A stretch of 64,000 nt of DNA from Octopus vulgaris (GCA_951406725.2 OX597820.1:117552001-117616000), one strand, 5' to 3'; counted from the first letter of the stretch, positions 25,268 to 38,197 are shown. The notes: generated by a model from the sequence alone, not told the origin. Numbers and translations are program-made.

Positions 25268-25327
25268 TTATCACTGACGAAGGGAGGGTTCTTATGATCT
25301 AACCCGGAAATCGGTCCGATATGGTAA
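25268..25327 (+). ncRNA. Type-I hammerhead ribozyme (right arm)
   Basis: UUAUCA-CUGACGA-AGGGA-GGGUU..AACCC-G-GAAA-UCGGUCCGA-UA-UGGUAA. Confidence 0.7.
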
Positions 25328-25558
25328 TAATGGAAATTTTAGAAATTTCTGTCGGCTTTTTTCCGAGTAGCGTGTGTATTGTGAAAAATTATATGGTTAT
25401 GGACAATATGTCCAATTTTCAGCATATTTGGCATTAGAAATTTTTTCGTTTGCCCTTGTTTATAAGTTGTTTATAATTTTAACCTTTAAAGGTATTTTTT
25501 AATATGCTGGCCATTGATAAAATTTTTTTTCAAAAAATTTTATCTGACATTAAATATA

Positions 25559-25594
<36 letters not shown>

Positions 25595-25935
25595 GTCATC
25601 ATCATCATTGTCATCATTCAATGTCTGCTTTCCATGCTGGCATGGGTTGGATGGTTTGACTGAGGACTGGAAAGCCAGAAGGCTGCACCAGGCTCCCATC
25701 TGATCTGGAAAAATTTCTATAGCTGGATGCCCTTCCTAATGCCAACCACTCCTAGAGTGTAGTGGGTGCTTCTTATATGCCACAGGCACGGGAGCCAGTC
25801 AGGCGACACTGGCATCAACCTCAGTCAGATGATACTTTTTACGTGCCGCTGATACGGGTGCCAGTCAGAGCAGGGAGGCTAGCATCAACCATGTTTGGAT
25901 GGTGCTTTTTACATGCCACCAGCACAGGAAGCCAG

Positions 25936-25977
<42 letters not shown>

Positions 25978-26196
25978 AGTTTCTTTCAGTTTCCATCTCC
26001 AAATCCACTCACAAGGCTTTGGCCAGAGTGAGGCTATAGTAGAAGACACTTGCTCAAGGTTCCACAGAGTGGGGCTGAACCCAGAACCATGTGGTTGGTA
26101 AACCAGCATCTTACCACACAGCCACACCTTCACCTATATATATGATCCAACCCATGCCAACATGGAAAATGGATATTAAATGATAATGATGAGGTA

Positions 26197-26274
<78 letters not shown>

Positions 26275-26587
26275 TCATCATCATCATCATCGTTTAACGT
26301 CCATTTTATGTGCTAGCACGGGTTGTACGGTTCGACCGGGGTCTGGGAAGCCAGGGGCTGCACCAGGCTCCAATCTGATCTGGCAGTGTTTCTACAGCTG
26401 GATGCCCTTCCTAACGCCAACCACTCCGTGTGTGTAGTGGTTGCTTTTTACGTGCCAGGGGAGTCTGGCATCGGCCACGATCGGTTGGTGCTTTTAACGT
26501 GCCACCGGCACGGAAGCCAGCCAAGGCGGCGCTGGCATCGGCTACGTTCGGATGGTGCTTTTTATGTGCCACCGGCACAGAAGCCAA

Positions 26588-26790
26588 CCTCCGCCTTAGT
26601 GAAGGCAGAGGTATTGTTTTCAGTTGTGTTTGTTTATTTGTCTGTGGACAAAATATCCCAAGAACTACTGGATGGATTTGGATGAAACTTTCAGGAATGT
26701 TTGGCCTCATGACTGGCACAAACTGATTAGATTTAATCTAGTGCTGGATAAGAATTCTGTATTATTTTTCCAGTTTTTTTTTTAATTTTA
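26588..26790 (+). mobile_element. Helentron-associated (HINE/DINE-1-like) element, 5' part
   Basis: Hairpin ACCTCCGCCTT-AGTG-AAGGCAGAGGT followed by a GTTT/GTCT tract and GGATTTGGATGAAACTTT. Confidence 0.55.
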
Positions 26791-26975
26791 TTTTTGAGAC
26801 CGGTCAGGTTCATTTTTAGTATTCTTGTTTGTGAGAGCAGTTGAGTTTATTGCAGATGTTCTCATTTTTAAAATCATCTCCAACCAATTGTTGAGAGGAA
26901 GTTGATGTTGCCTTGGTGGAGGTTTGTGCACTTTGAGTGATTTTGTTGTTGTTATTATTATTATCATTATTATCA

Positions 26976-27006
<31 letters not shown>

Positions 27007-27128
27007 TACTATTATTATTATTATTATCATCATCATCATTATTATTATTCATTAGTCTTATCTTTATCAGATGCTTTCATTGCACTGCCAAGTGCAGCTC
27101 TGTGTGGCTTGCTGTGATGGTCTTGTTG

Positions 27129-27323
27129 TTACTGTAATGTAAGTGTTTTATGTAGGATGTATGCGGTGTCTAGTTGTGCTATTTTCTGTATGTTTGTTAG
27201 TCCTGGTGTTTTTGTTATGTATTTGTCTAAATGTTTTTTTATCATACTTAATGCGCCTATTATGATAGGAATTGTTTCTGTTTTTAGATTCCACATTCGA
27301 GTTACTTCTATTTCCAGGTCTTT
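27129..27323 (-). mobile_element. R4/Dong-like non-LTR element, restriction-like endonuclease (REL) C-terminus, in (TAA)n
   Basis: KDLEIEVTRMWNLKTETIPIIIGALSMIKK..IQKIAQLDTAYILHKTL, stop; flanked by (TTA)n. Confidence 0.8.
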
Positions 27324-27345
27324 ATTATTATCATTATTATTATTA

Positions 27346-27388
<43 letters not shown>

Positions 27389-27435
27389 CATCATCATCAT
27401 TATTATTATTATTATCATCATTATTTTTATTATCG

Positions 27436-27533
<98 letters not shown>

Positions 27534-27712
27534 GTTATTATTATTACTTTTTTTCCTCTTTCAAATTTGCTTCCATTTCTTGCCGAGTGTCTTCCCGACT
27601 CCTAGGGCAAAGAAACTCATAGTATACATTGGTAGGCCATTAAACTAAACTCACTAGTTCGTTCATTTTTTTTTTTTTAAGTTAAATTAAAATACATGGG
27701 TAGTAATAATTC

Positions 27713-27832
27713 TCACATCGACAATGCTCTTCTCAATACGTGTGATGTACCAGTTAAGACAATCTTTTGCACTTCTTGCAGGGATGGTAAGCCAGGGATC
27801 ATTCTCATATAATTTTCGGTTCCCTTCTCGAT
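27713..27832 (-). mobile_element. Second R4/Dong-like family, ORF end
   Basis: IEKGTENYMRMIPGLPSLQEVQKIVLTGTSHVLRRALSM, stop; bounded by (TTA)n. Confidence 0.7.
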
Positions 27833-27841
27833 CATTATTAC

Positions 27842-27880
<39 letters not shown>

Positions 27881-28695
27881 CATCATCATCATCATCATTA
27901 TTATTATCATTTAAAACTTGATCATAATAAACTTTACTAAAATCTAGTTATGATATCAACTGAAGGGTTTAAGAGAAACTGTCACTCTTGTAATACCAGT
28001 TTATTTCTTTTCATAAGTTACATATGTCATCCAAATAAAACATATGGCGGTGCCCCAGCATGGCCACAGCTTATGAGCTGAAACTGGAAAAATCAAAATC
28101 AAATATAACATTTGAGGAATGCTATGCCTGTTTGTTTCCATGGATGGCTGCAAGACATCTTTGTAGCCCTCCATTGACAGATGTAAGCAGTCAATTAATT
28201 TTAGTTTTAATAATTGTTTCAATGACAAATCTATAATTCACCAGCTCAACTAAATAAATCTGTCTCCAATTTCTTCAGAGGGAGACACAGTTTAACACAT
28301 TTTATTTCAACCTTTTTCTAAGTTTCTATCATTTCCCACAATTTCTTCACTAATTTTTCTGACACATAGGTGCAGGAGTGGCTGTGTGGTAAGTAGCTTG
28401 TTTACCAACCACATGGTTCTGGGTTCAGTCCCACTGCGTGGCATCTTGGGCAAGTGTCTTCTGCTATAGCCCCGGGCCGACCAATGCCTTGTGAGTGGCC
28501 GTTTGCCAGCTCAGTCTGGCACCTGTGCGGGTGGCACGTAAAAAGCACCCACTACACTCATGGAGTGGTTGGCATTAGGAAGGGCATCCAACTGTAGAAA
28601 CACTGCCAGATCAGACTGGGCTTGATGCAGACTTCTGGCTTCACAGACCCCAGTTGAACCGTCCAACCCATGCTAGCATGGAAAGCGGACGCTAA

Positions 28696-28727
<32 letters not shown>

Positions 28728-29000
28728 AGATACATGTACCCGTAACATAGTTCTCGGGAGATTCAAGGCGGTGCTCCAGCATGGCCGCAGTCAAATGACT
28801 GAAACGAGTAAAAGAGTAAAAGAGAGTAAAGAGTAATAAAACAATCTCTCAGCTCTGTCTCTTCCATTCTCATCACTAAATTCAATACACTCACAACGTC
28901 CGGTCTGGGAATTGAAACTGTGATCCTATGACCGTAAGTCCATTGCCCTAACCACTGGACCATTATGCCTCCACACACACACACACATATATATACAAAT

Positions 29001-29055
<55 letters not shown>

Positions 29056-30039
29056 TAGATAGATGGATGGAGAGGTATAACATGTCTACTATATAATGTG
29101 TGTGTGTGTGTGTGCGTGTGCGTGTGTGTGTATACACATATAATATATATATATGTGTGTATACATACATACATATATATATAGATATAGATATAAATCA
29201 AAATCAAACCAAATCAAATCAGATATCAGAAAGCATAACCAAAATCGAAGTCGATCAACATCAATGGAAATTGCAGCTGTGATACCAGTGCCGGTGACAA
29301 GTAAGCGAACCATCTGATCGTGGCCGTTGCCAGCGCCGTCCCGACTGGCCTCCATGCCGGTGGCACGTAAAAAGCACCATCCGAGCGTGGCCGTTCGCAC
29401 ATAAAAAGCACACACTACACTCACAGAGTGGTTGGCATTAGGAAGGGCATCCAGCCGTAGAAACACTGCCAGATCAGACTGGGCCTGGTGCAGCCTTCTG
29501 GCTTCACAGACCCCAGTTGAACCGTCCAAGCCATGCTAGCATGGAAAGCGGACGCTAAATGATGATGATGATGATGATGATATGTGTGTATACATATACA
29601 TACATATATATATAGATATAGATACATACATATATACATATGTATAAACACACACACACACTTGTATATATCGTGGCACTCTGTCGGTTACGATGACAAG
29701 GGTTCCATTTGATCCTATCAACAGAACAGCCTGCTCGTGAAATTAACATGCAAGTGGCTGAGTACTCCACAGAGACATGTACCCTTAACGTAGTTCTTGG
29801 GGAGATTCAGAGTGACAAAGCTGGCCCTTTGAAATACAGGTACAACAGAAACAGGAAGAAAGAGTGCGAGAAAGTTGTGGTAAAAGAGTACAGCAGGGTT
29901 CGCCACCACCCCCTGCCAGAGCATTGTGGAGCTTCAGGTGTTTTCACTAAATAAACACTCACAACGTCTGGTCTGGGAATTGAAACTGTGATCCTATGAC
30001 CGTGAGTCCACTGCCCTAACCACTGGACCATTATGCCTC

Positions 30040-30071
<32 letters not shown>

Positions 30072-30076
30072 AATAT

Positions 30077-30165
30077 AGATAGATAGATAGATAGATAGAT
30101 AGATGGATGGATGGATGGATGGATGGATGGATGGATGGATGGATGGGTGGATGGATGGATGGATG

Positions 30166-30196
<31 letters not shown>

Positions 30197-30197
30197 C

Positions 30198-30267
<70 letters not shown>

Positions 30268-30300
30268 CAGATAGATAGATAGATAGATACATAGATACAT

Positions 30301-30391
<91 letters not shown>

Positions 30392-30403
30392 CAGATAGAT
30401 AGA
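30077..30403. repeat. (GATA)n/(GATG)n compound microsatellite
   Basis: Direct reading. Confidence 0.95.
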
Positions 30404-30730
30404 TACACACACATAACAAATAGTGAAGGATTATCAATCTGGGCAAAATACTTCATAATCTCTCTGTTGGCAAACCAGGCTAATAAGATTTCTAAGATTA
30501 GTGTTGAACTCAGGTAATCTTGTGGTCAGATCCACAGTTATGGTTTATCACAATTCTATTTGTAAATCCATGGATGAGCTCCAGACAAGCTGGTTTTTAC
30601 ACAGAGTGATAAATAAGAAACAAGTTCTAAGAAACAAACAGAATACAATACTTGCATCTCTCCCTCTTCTACCCCCCCCTTCCCCATACGATCACCATTC
30701 TTTCAGTGCTCTGAGTGTTATAACCAGAAA

Positions 30731-30857
30731 TGGCTCTGATGAAAATAGCTTTAATTTTCTTAGGTTGTTCAATTTTCCTCAATTGATAAATATAGTAAAT
30801 CTGGGTAAATCTATCAGTGATGTACTTATAATGACCACTGGAAACAGCTGTAAGCCG
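30731..30857 (+). ncRNA. Hammerhead motif with a ~98-nt domain II
   Basis: UGGCU-CUGAUGA-(98 nt ending in a CAGUG..CACUG hairpin)-GAAA-CAGCUG-UA-AGCCG. Confidence 0.55.
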
Positions 30858-31583
30858 AATTTCCTCCAATAAAGGAATAATATGTGATGACCAATATTTT
30901 TAACTTGTTTCTTAAATATACATACATACATACATACATATATATATGTGTATATATATATTTCTTTACTACCCACAAGGGGCTAAACACAGAGGGGACA
31001 AACAAGGCCAGACAAAGGGATTAAGTTGACTACATCGACCCCAGTGCATAACTGGTACTTAATTTATCGACCCCGAAAGGATGAAAGGCAAAGTCGACCT
31101 TGGCGGAATTTGAACTCGGAACGTAACGACTGACGAAATACAGCTACGAATTTCGCCCGCTTTTTATGTGCCACCGGCACAGGTATCACAACTAGTATTT
31201 CCATTGATATTTATTTCGATGTTCATGTACTTGACTCAATAGGTCTCCTCAAGCACAGTGGGATGTTCTGGAATCCAAGGTACTTTGAATGGGCAGGGGC
31301 TATGCGTAACTGGTGCAGGAAGCAGCCCGGGTCTTTGCAGTCACAGCATATCTCCAGAGATCTCGGTCCTTCACCATTGCCCCTGTGAGGCCCAACGCTC
31401 GAGGTCATGCTTGAAATATATATATATATATAGGGGTAAAATATGAAAAATCAACGAAAATGCACGAAATATATATATATATATAGGGGTAAAATAAAAA
31501 AAGGCTTATATATGTGTATCTATATATATATATATGTAGAAAGTAAAAATACTTGTTTAAACCTGCGTTAACTCCATTTTTTA

Positions 31584-31637
<54 letters not shown>

Positions 31638-31861
31638 CAAAGTATGGGAGTTTAGTTCACAGGTGATCTAAATGATTAGGTATACTAGGTAAGTGCCGTA
31701 ACAGATTACTAGGACTCCAAGGTTATAGCCGAGAGAGTAGTTATGGAACCATTGTAGATTTCCGATACAGCAGATATATGATTGTTAAAGAGGACAACAA
31801 AGATTAAGGCAAGGCAAACATCTCAAGTTGCATACAATATTATCATTGGAAAACAATTCAA

Positions 31862-31920
31862 AGTCTTACAGCTGTTTCTGGGATATCTCTGAGTATGGGA
31901 TATTCCGTCATCAGTAGTTA
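31862..31920 (-). ncRNA. Hammerhead motif with degenerate stem I
   Basis: CUGAUGA-CGGAAUAUC..GAUAUCCCA-GAAA-CAGCUG-UA. Confidence 0.55.
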
Positions 31921-32247
31921 TGTTTGCTATATCAGGATTTTAACACACATGGATCTATGCAGGATTGCTCCTAAAGACTCATGCTCTGATTTCTATAACT
32001 TCAGAAAGTTGAACTGTGAACTTTTATGCTTCTTTTTTCACCTTTCTTTCCTTCTCCTTATTCTTTTACTCCCTTCCTCTATGTCGTCATCTCATTAATA
32101 TACACCATTCTCATTTTCCCTATTTTTTCTTTATTTGTCATTGATGACGAAGCAGTGGTTAAGCAAGGACCAGCTCCCAGAGCCTGTTTATATTGCTTGT
32201 ATTTATACTAAAATATATAAAGAGTCTTAATGTTAGTTACATCAACA

Positions 32248-32650
32248 GAATAATGTTTGCCTCTCAAACCCTCTTTCATGGGGCCAAAGAGATGATAGTG
32301 TGAAGGCACTAGATTATTCCAGTGACAAGGAAGTGAAAACTGTAGTGAAGAAATGACTCAAAGAACACCATCACCATCATCATCATTTAACGTCCGTTTT
32401 CCATGCTGGCATGGGTTGGATGGGATCTGGGAAGCCAGGAGGCTGCACCAGTCAACAGAATTTTATGAGGCAGGGATACATGCTCTCATTTGAAGGTGAA
32501 ACATTGTTATTGAGAGAAATGGTGACTATATTGAGAAGTAGGGATGTAATCCACAGAGGACCAGCTTCATTTTGATGTATGATACATGTTCCTGTGTTGG
32601 TAATTATACCTGTCCTAAACAAAATGGGATTACCTTTTGACTCACCCTCG
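32248..32650. mobile_element. Mariner-derived fold-back MITE, copy 1 (right part), with an RTE tail inserted at 32368-32450
   Basis: Ends TTTTGACTCACCCTCG then TA; same internal junction as 53669-54081. Confidence 0.8.
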
Positions 32651-33102
32651 TATGTACATGTGCACGTGTGCTGCATGTGTGTCACATTCGCCAACATCAG
32701 CTTCATGAACTCATCACATAGATCACATTCTTAGATTTATCCCCAGCCTCCTCTCCCAGCTTTCCTTCACTCATCTCCCTTCCTCTCCCTCCACCTCTCT
32801 CTCAATCTGCCTATGTGGTTGTCTATTTTCTTTTCTATGTGGGTGTGTGGACTAACATTCCCACATCACAGTCTTCCACATATACATATATGCATATACA
32901 TACACACACACAAACTCACACACACACAAACATACACACAAGCGCGCACACATATATACATTAATTATATACATATGCATTGCATATATAAATATATGCG
33001 TAGTGTTTCGATTAACACTATGAGATCAGAATCTTCCAGATACATATACATATATATATCACATATATATATACACACACATACATATATGCACACACAC
33101 AT

Positions 33103-33155
<53 letters not shown>

Positions 33156-33158
33156 AAT

Positions 33159-33204
<46 letters not shown>

Positions 33205-33229
33205 TACATGTATATGTATGTGTGTGTAC

Positions 33230-33275
<46 letters not shown>

Positions 33276-33295
33276 ATATACACATACACACACAA

Positions 33296-33346
<51 letters not shown>

Positions 33347-33353
33347 CATATGC

Positions 33354-33400
<47 letters not shown>

Positions 33401-33465
33401 TAGATAGATACACATATATAAATACATATGCATATACATATATATATATATATATATACATATGC

Positions 33466-33497
<32 letters not shown>

Positions 33498-34212
33498 GCA
33501 GGTATGTATGTATATACATATATATCTGCCTTACTCACCCACTCTTTATACTTCTTCTCAATCAATGAGTTTATATTTTGTTTTGGGGAGGTTTTGTTCA
33601 TTTTGTGGGGAGGAGGAGTAGGAGGAGGAGAGAGCACTTTTTTCTCTTTTCTATTTATTTTTTCTTTTCTAAAGTCAATCCATCTCATTGGAAATACTTT
33701 ATCAATCAATTATGATCAAAACTAGTAGGAAAACACATCAATTAAACAATCATTAATCGATCTAACCAATTAAGGTAACATGTTCTCACCTGATAAATTG
33801 ATCATAATGTTTGTATTGTCTCGCAATACTAACAAATCCCAAAATTATGGCAACAAAATAAAAAGTGAGAAATGAGTGGTGTGGGGGGGGGGGACAGTAT
33901 TTTTCTTAACAATTTGTTTTATTTTTGTCATTTAACTTCTTTCCTTCATCTCGTCCTCATCAACAGCATCATCACTATCATCATCAACATCATTATCATC
34001 ATTTTACTAATTTCCAAGTGTCAATTCTTAAAAGAAAATCATTAAATTGAAAGCAAATACACACAGCCACACACACACACACACACACACAGGTGCTCAT
34101 ACACATTGGCACCGAGTTAACGAGAGTAACATTAAACTGTGCTATTAAAAGATGGAACTCACAGAAAGGCACTCTCAGAGCTTTATTTCAAAGATAATCA
34201 ATAATTCTATAG

Positions 34213-34314
34213 TTACAGAAGCTTCACGAATATTTCGAACTGACAAAAAAATCCTTTAGGATTTGGGGATTCAAAGAAAAACTCCCTTCTGCTGCAAGTG
34301 GTATCAGTGTAAAG
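34213..34314 (+). CDS. Candidate 102-bp symmetric exon, product unknown
   Basis: TTCTATAG acceptor and AAG/GTACGT donor; open frame LQKLHEYFELTKKSFRIWGFKEKLPSAASGISVK; no family recognised. Confidence 0.25.
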
Positions 34315-34328
34315 GTACGTGAAGACAA

Positions 34329-34367
<39 letters not shown>

Positions 34368-34420
34368 CACGGACACATACAAACACACACACATACATAA
34401 ACAGACACACCACTACGACC

Positions 34421-34421
34421 A

Positions 34422-34508
<87 letters not shown>

Positions 34509-34567
34509 TCATCACCATCATCATCATCATCATCATCATCACCACCACCACCATCATCATCATCATT

Positions 34568-34603
<36 letters not shown>

Positions 34604-34604
34604 G

Positions 34605-34638
<34 letters not shown>

Positions 34639-34671
34639 TGTCATCATCATCATCATCGTTATCATCATCAT
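34421..34671. repeat. (GTC)n-(ATC)n microsatellite at an RTE tail
   Basis: Direct reading. Confidence 0.95.
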
Positions 34672-36275
34672 CTTAATGTCCACTTTTCCATGTTTGCATG
34701 GGTCAGATGGGGTTTATTTGGGGCAGATGTCCCCTGGCCCTTCATGTTGTGAATGCTTGCCTGTTTCAAACCAAGGTCATATCTCCCCATAGCTAGACGT
34801 GATATTGCAGAATGTCGGAAATAAACAACACTGCTTGTATGACAGTGACACTCATTTACAATTACCATGTGACATCAAGGTAAGGAGACACAAACAGCGT
34901 AACTGTAGTGCAATGACCAAAGCACGTAAAAGATACTGAAAAAGTGCTCCTAAGAAATACCATTTTTTATTTCTTTATTGCCCATAAGGGGCTAAACATA
35001 GAGGGGACAAACAAAGGCAGACAAAGGGATTAAGTCGATTACATCAACCCCCAGTGCATCATCATCATCATCATCATCATCATTTAGCGTCCGCTTTCCA
35101 TGCTAGCATGGGTTGGACGGTTCAACTGGAGTCTGTGAAGCCAGAAGGTTGCATCAGGCCCAGTCTGATCTGGCAGTGTTTCTACAGCTGGATGCCCTTA
35201 CTAACGCCAACCACTCCGTGAGGGTAGTGGGTGCTTTTTACGTGCCACCCGCACAGGTGCCAGACGGAGCTGGCAAATGGCCATGGACGGATGGTGCTTT
35301 TTACGTGCCACTGGCACGGGGGCCAGGCGAGGCTGGCAAACGGCCACGGACGGATGGTGCTTTTTACGTGCCACCGGCACGGGGGCCAGGCAAGGCTGGC
35401 AACAGCCACGATCGGATGGTGCTTTTTACGTGCCACCGGCACGGGGGCCAGGCGAGGCTGGCAATGGCCATGAACGGATGGTGCTTTTTACATGCCACCG
35501 GGTATTTATTTAATCGACCTCAGAAGGGTGAAAGGCAAAGTCGACCTCAACAGAATTTGAACTCAGAACGTAGAGGCAGACGAAATACCACCAAGCAGAC
35601 GAAATACCACCAAGCAGACGAAATACCGGCATTTCTGCTTAACGATTCTGCCAGCTCGCTGCCATTATTGATTTTAAAAATGATAATAACATGTACAATA
35701 TTTGCATCAGGAAGCTGGCAGAATCATGGGCACAATGTGTAGTACCGTTCCGTTTATCTTTACATTTTGAGTTCAAATGCTGCCAAGGTTGACTTTGCCT
35801 TTCAACATTTCGGGGTTGATAAAAACAAGCACCAGTTAAGCACTGGGGTTCAATCAATTGATTTAAACCCTCCCCTCCCCCACTGATCTTGCTGGCCTTG
35901 TGCCAAAATTTGAAATCCATATGTGGATTCTTTTATTCTTCTACTTGTTTAAGTCATTTGACTGTGGCCATGCTAGAGCACTGCCTTAGATGGTGTTAAT
36001 CGAACAAATCGACCCCAGGAACTATTCTTTGTCAGCCTAGTACTTATTCTATCAGTCTCTTTTGCCGAACTGATAAGTTACAGGGACATAAACTCACCAA
36101 CATCGGTTGTCAAGGAATGGTGGGGGGACAAATACACACACACACAAATATATATATATACACACATACATATATATATATATATATAGGGAGAGTTTAC
36201 AAAAAAAAAAGACGAAGACAGGTGGTGTACAAAAAAAAACAGATGTATTAGTATAACGCTTAGGAATTGAAAAGT

Positions 36276-36311
36276 CTTTTATGTTTCGAGCCTATGCTCT
36301 TCTACAGAAAG
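36276..36311 (-). ncRNA. Minimal hammerhead variant (CUGUAGA core; stem III CpG-decayed)
   Basis: CUUU-CUGUAGA-A-GAGC(AUAG)GCUC-GAAA-CA-UA-AAAG; host element 36188-36358 is related to 38842-38990. Confidence 0.55.
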
Positions 36312-36368
36312 GGACACAGAAAAAAACAAGGAGAGAAAAAAATGTGTGTAGTGACTAATATAACTAAT

Positions 36369-37019
36369 AAAACTACTAGGTGAAATTTGTTGATTTAATT
36401 AAATTAATTATCCTTCACCCTATATCTGTAATGATTATTTCACTCCCCTACAACAAAACTACAAATCTTTTTTCGGCAGTACTATTTTGTGACTCACATG
36501 ATGGTAGAATTTTGGAGGGAAATACAAATTCACTCGTCTATATAAATGTGGATATGCTGATTAGCTTTTATATGTTCTGATGACGCTTGGTCGGAACTAT
36601 AAGGGGTAAGTTTTCCTAGCATTTCTAGATTTATTTATCGGAATATCATGTTGATGAAGGAAATGAATCTTAGGATTCTAATTCAGAAACGTACGTCCAT
36701 AATTAATCGAAGACTGTTTGACTTCATTATTTTTCTTCCCTTTTTTTTTTTGCCATGTGTGAGTTACAAATATTGTTGTCTGTGGAGACATATTTCTGTA
36801 GAAAAAGGAAATAGTAGTCCTTTGGCTGCTATTTCTAAAATTTTCGGTATGTGGTCAAGCAGCTTGTTGCAAAACCCTTATTGTTATAATTATATATAAA
36901 AAAACTTTTTGTATAAGTTTTTACTGAATATGGTCCTTTTCCATACCCAAAAACTACTAGGTGAAATTTGTTGATTTTATTAAATTAATAATTTTTCACC
37001 CTATATCTGTAATGATTAT
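36369..37019 (+). mobile_element. 581-bp-period non-coding element with 70-bp terminal direct repeats and an internal hammerhead
   Basis: Repeats at 36369-36438 and 36950-37019; HHR at 36645-36703: AUCAUG-UUGAUGA..GAAUCU/GGAUUC..GAAA-CGUACG-UC-CAUAAU. Confidence 0.7.
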
Positions 37020-37312
37020 ATATATATATATATATATATATAATTTACATAAATTTAATGGTTATCGACAATTTTTTGTTTCGGCGTATCTGGCATTAGA
37101 ATTTTTCTTCTGCCCTTATCTTGTAAATTATGTATAAATTTTACCTTTAAAGGCATTTTGATATGCTGGCCATTGATAAAATTTTTTTCCCAAAAAAATT
37201 TTATCCTATATCAATTAAATATATATATATATAACAAAATATTAGGGAATAAATCCAAACTTACAGGGAAAAATCAGATTTAGGATTGAATCCAATTTTA
37301 TAGTAAAATATT

Positions 37313-37570
37313 ATATTATATTAAATTAGAGATAAAACCACTATTAGGCAAATCATACAATGAAAAACTTAAGCCAATACATAAGATTAATTAATTTATA
37401 TTATTTAAATATATATCAAAATTATTAAAAAAGATAATTAATTAATTATCTTTTTTAATAATTTTGATACATATTTAAATAATATAAATTAATTAATCTT
37501 ATGTATTGGCTTAAGTTTTTCATTGTATGATTTGCCTAATAGTGGTTTTATCTCTAATTTAATATAATAT
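37313..37570. repeat. 258-bp near-perfect spacerless AT-rich palindrome
   Basis: Centre at 37441/37442; one mismatch seen. Confidence 0.9.
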
Positions 37571-38197
37571 ATATATATATATGGGACGTTTCTTCCAGTT
37601 TCCGTCTATCAAATCACTCACAAGACTTTGACTGGCTCGAGGCTATAGTAAAAGACACTTGCCCAAGGTACCACGCAGTGGGACTGCACCAGGAACCATG
37701 TGGTTTGGAAGCAAGCTTCGTACCACACAGCCACGCCTGCACCAATCTGGAGAGAAAAGGAAGTATTTTTACCACCATTATCAGGTTGAATGAATGGCTG
37801 CACAGAGTCTTTGTCATTCGTTTATTGGTCCACAGATGGTTGAATAATGGTAGCTGGGTAACAGTTATAATGGCTACAATAGTCTCTGCTATAATTAGAT
37901 ATTGATGTGAAAGACCATTTAACAATAAACCAGTGTTAAATACACTTAGGATTCTGTAATTCTATCACCTTTGTAGCTGGCAGCATTCCCTTATGGGACG
38001 ATGTGACAGTCTGGCATTAATTACTGGTTTAATTAGAAGACAAACGGTTTTTTTGTTTTTTTAAAGAATTATGGTTTGCATAATTGTAAGATTAGAAATA
38101 AGAAGCTTAAAGGAACAATTTGTAAAGTTGGAGCTTCCTATAAAGCATAACCTAATAACCTAACACTCTGAAAGATACCAGCATGCATATATATATA

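Larger units (their letters stand above)
24918..25470. repeat. Long inverted repeat (arms 24918-25165 and 25223-25470, 57-nt spacer) between (TA)n tracts
   Basis: Arms align by eye with scattered substitutions; the right arm continues to about 25560 and resembles 37040-37220. Confidence 0.9.

Noticed and set aside
30501-30872. 123-aa non-repetitive ORF
   Set aside because: Non-ATG start, no recognisable motif, and it overlaps a hammerhead-bearing repeat.
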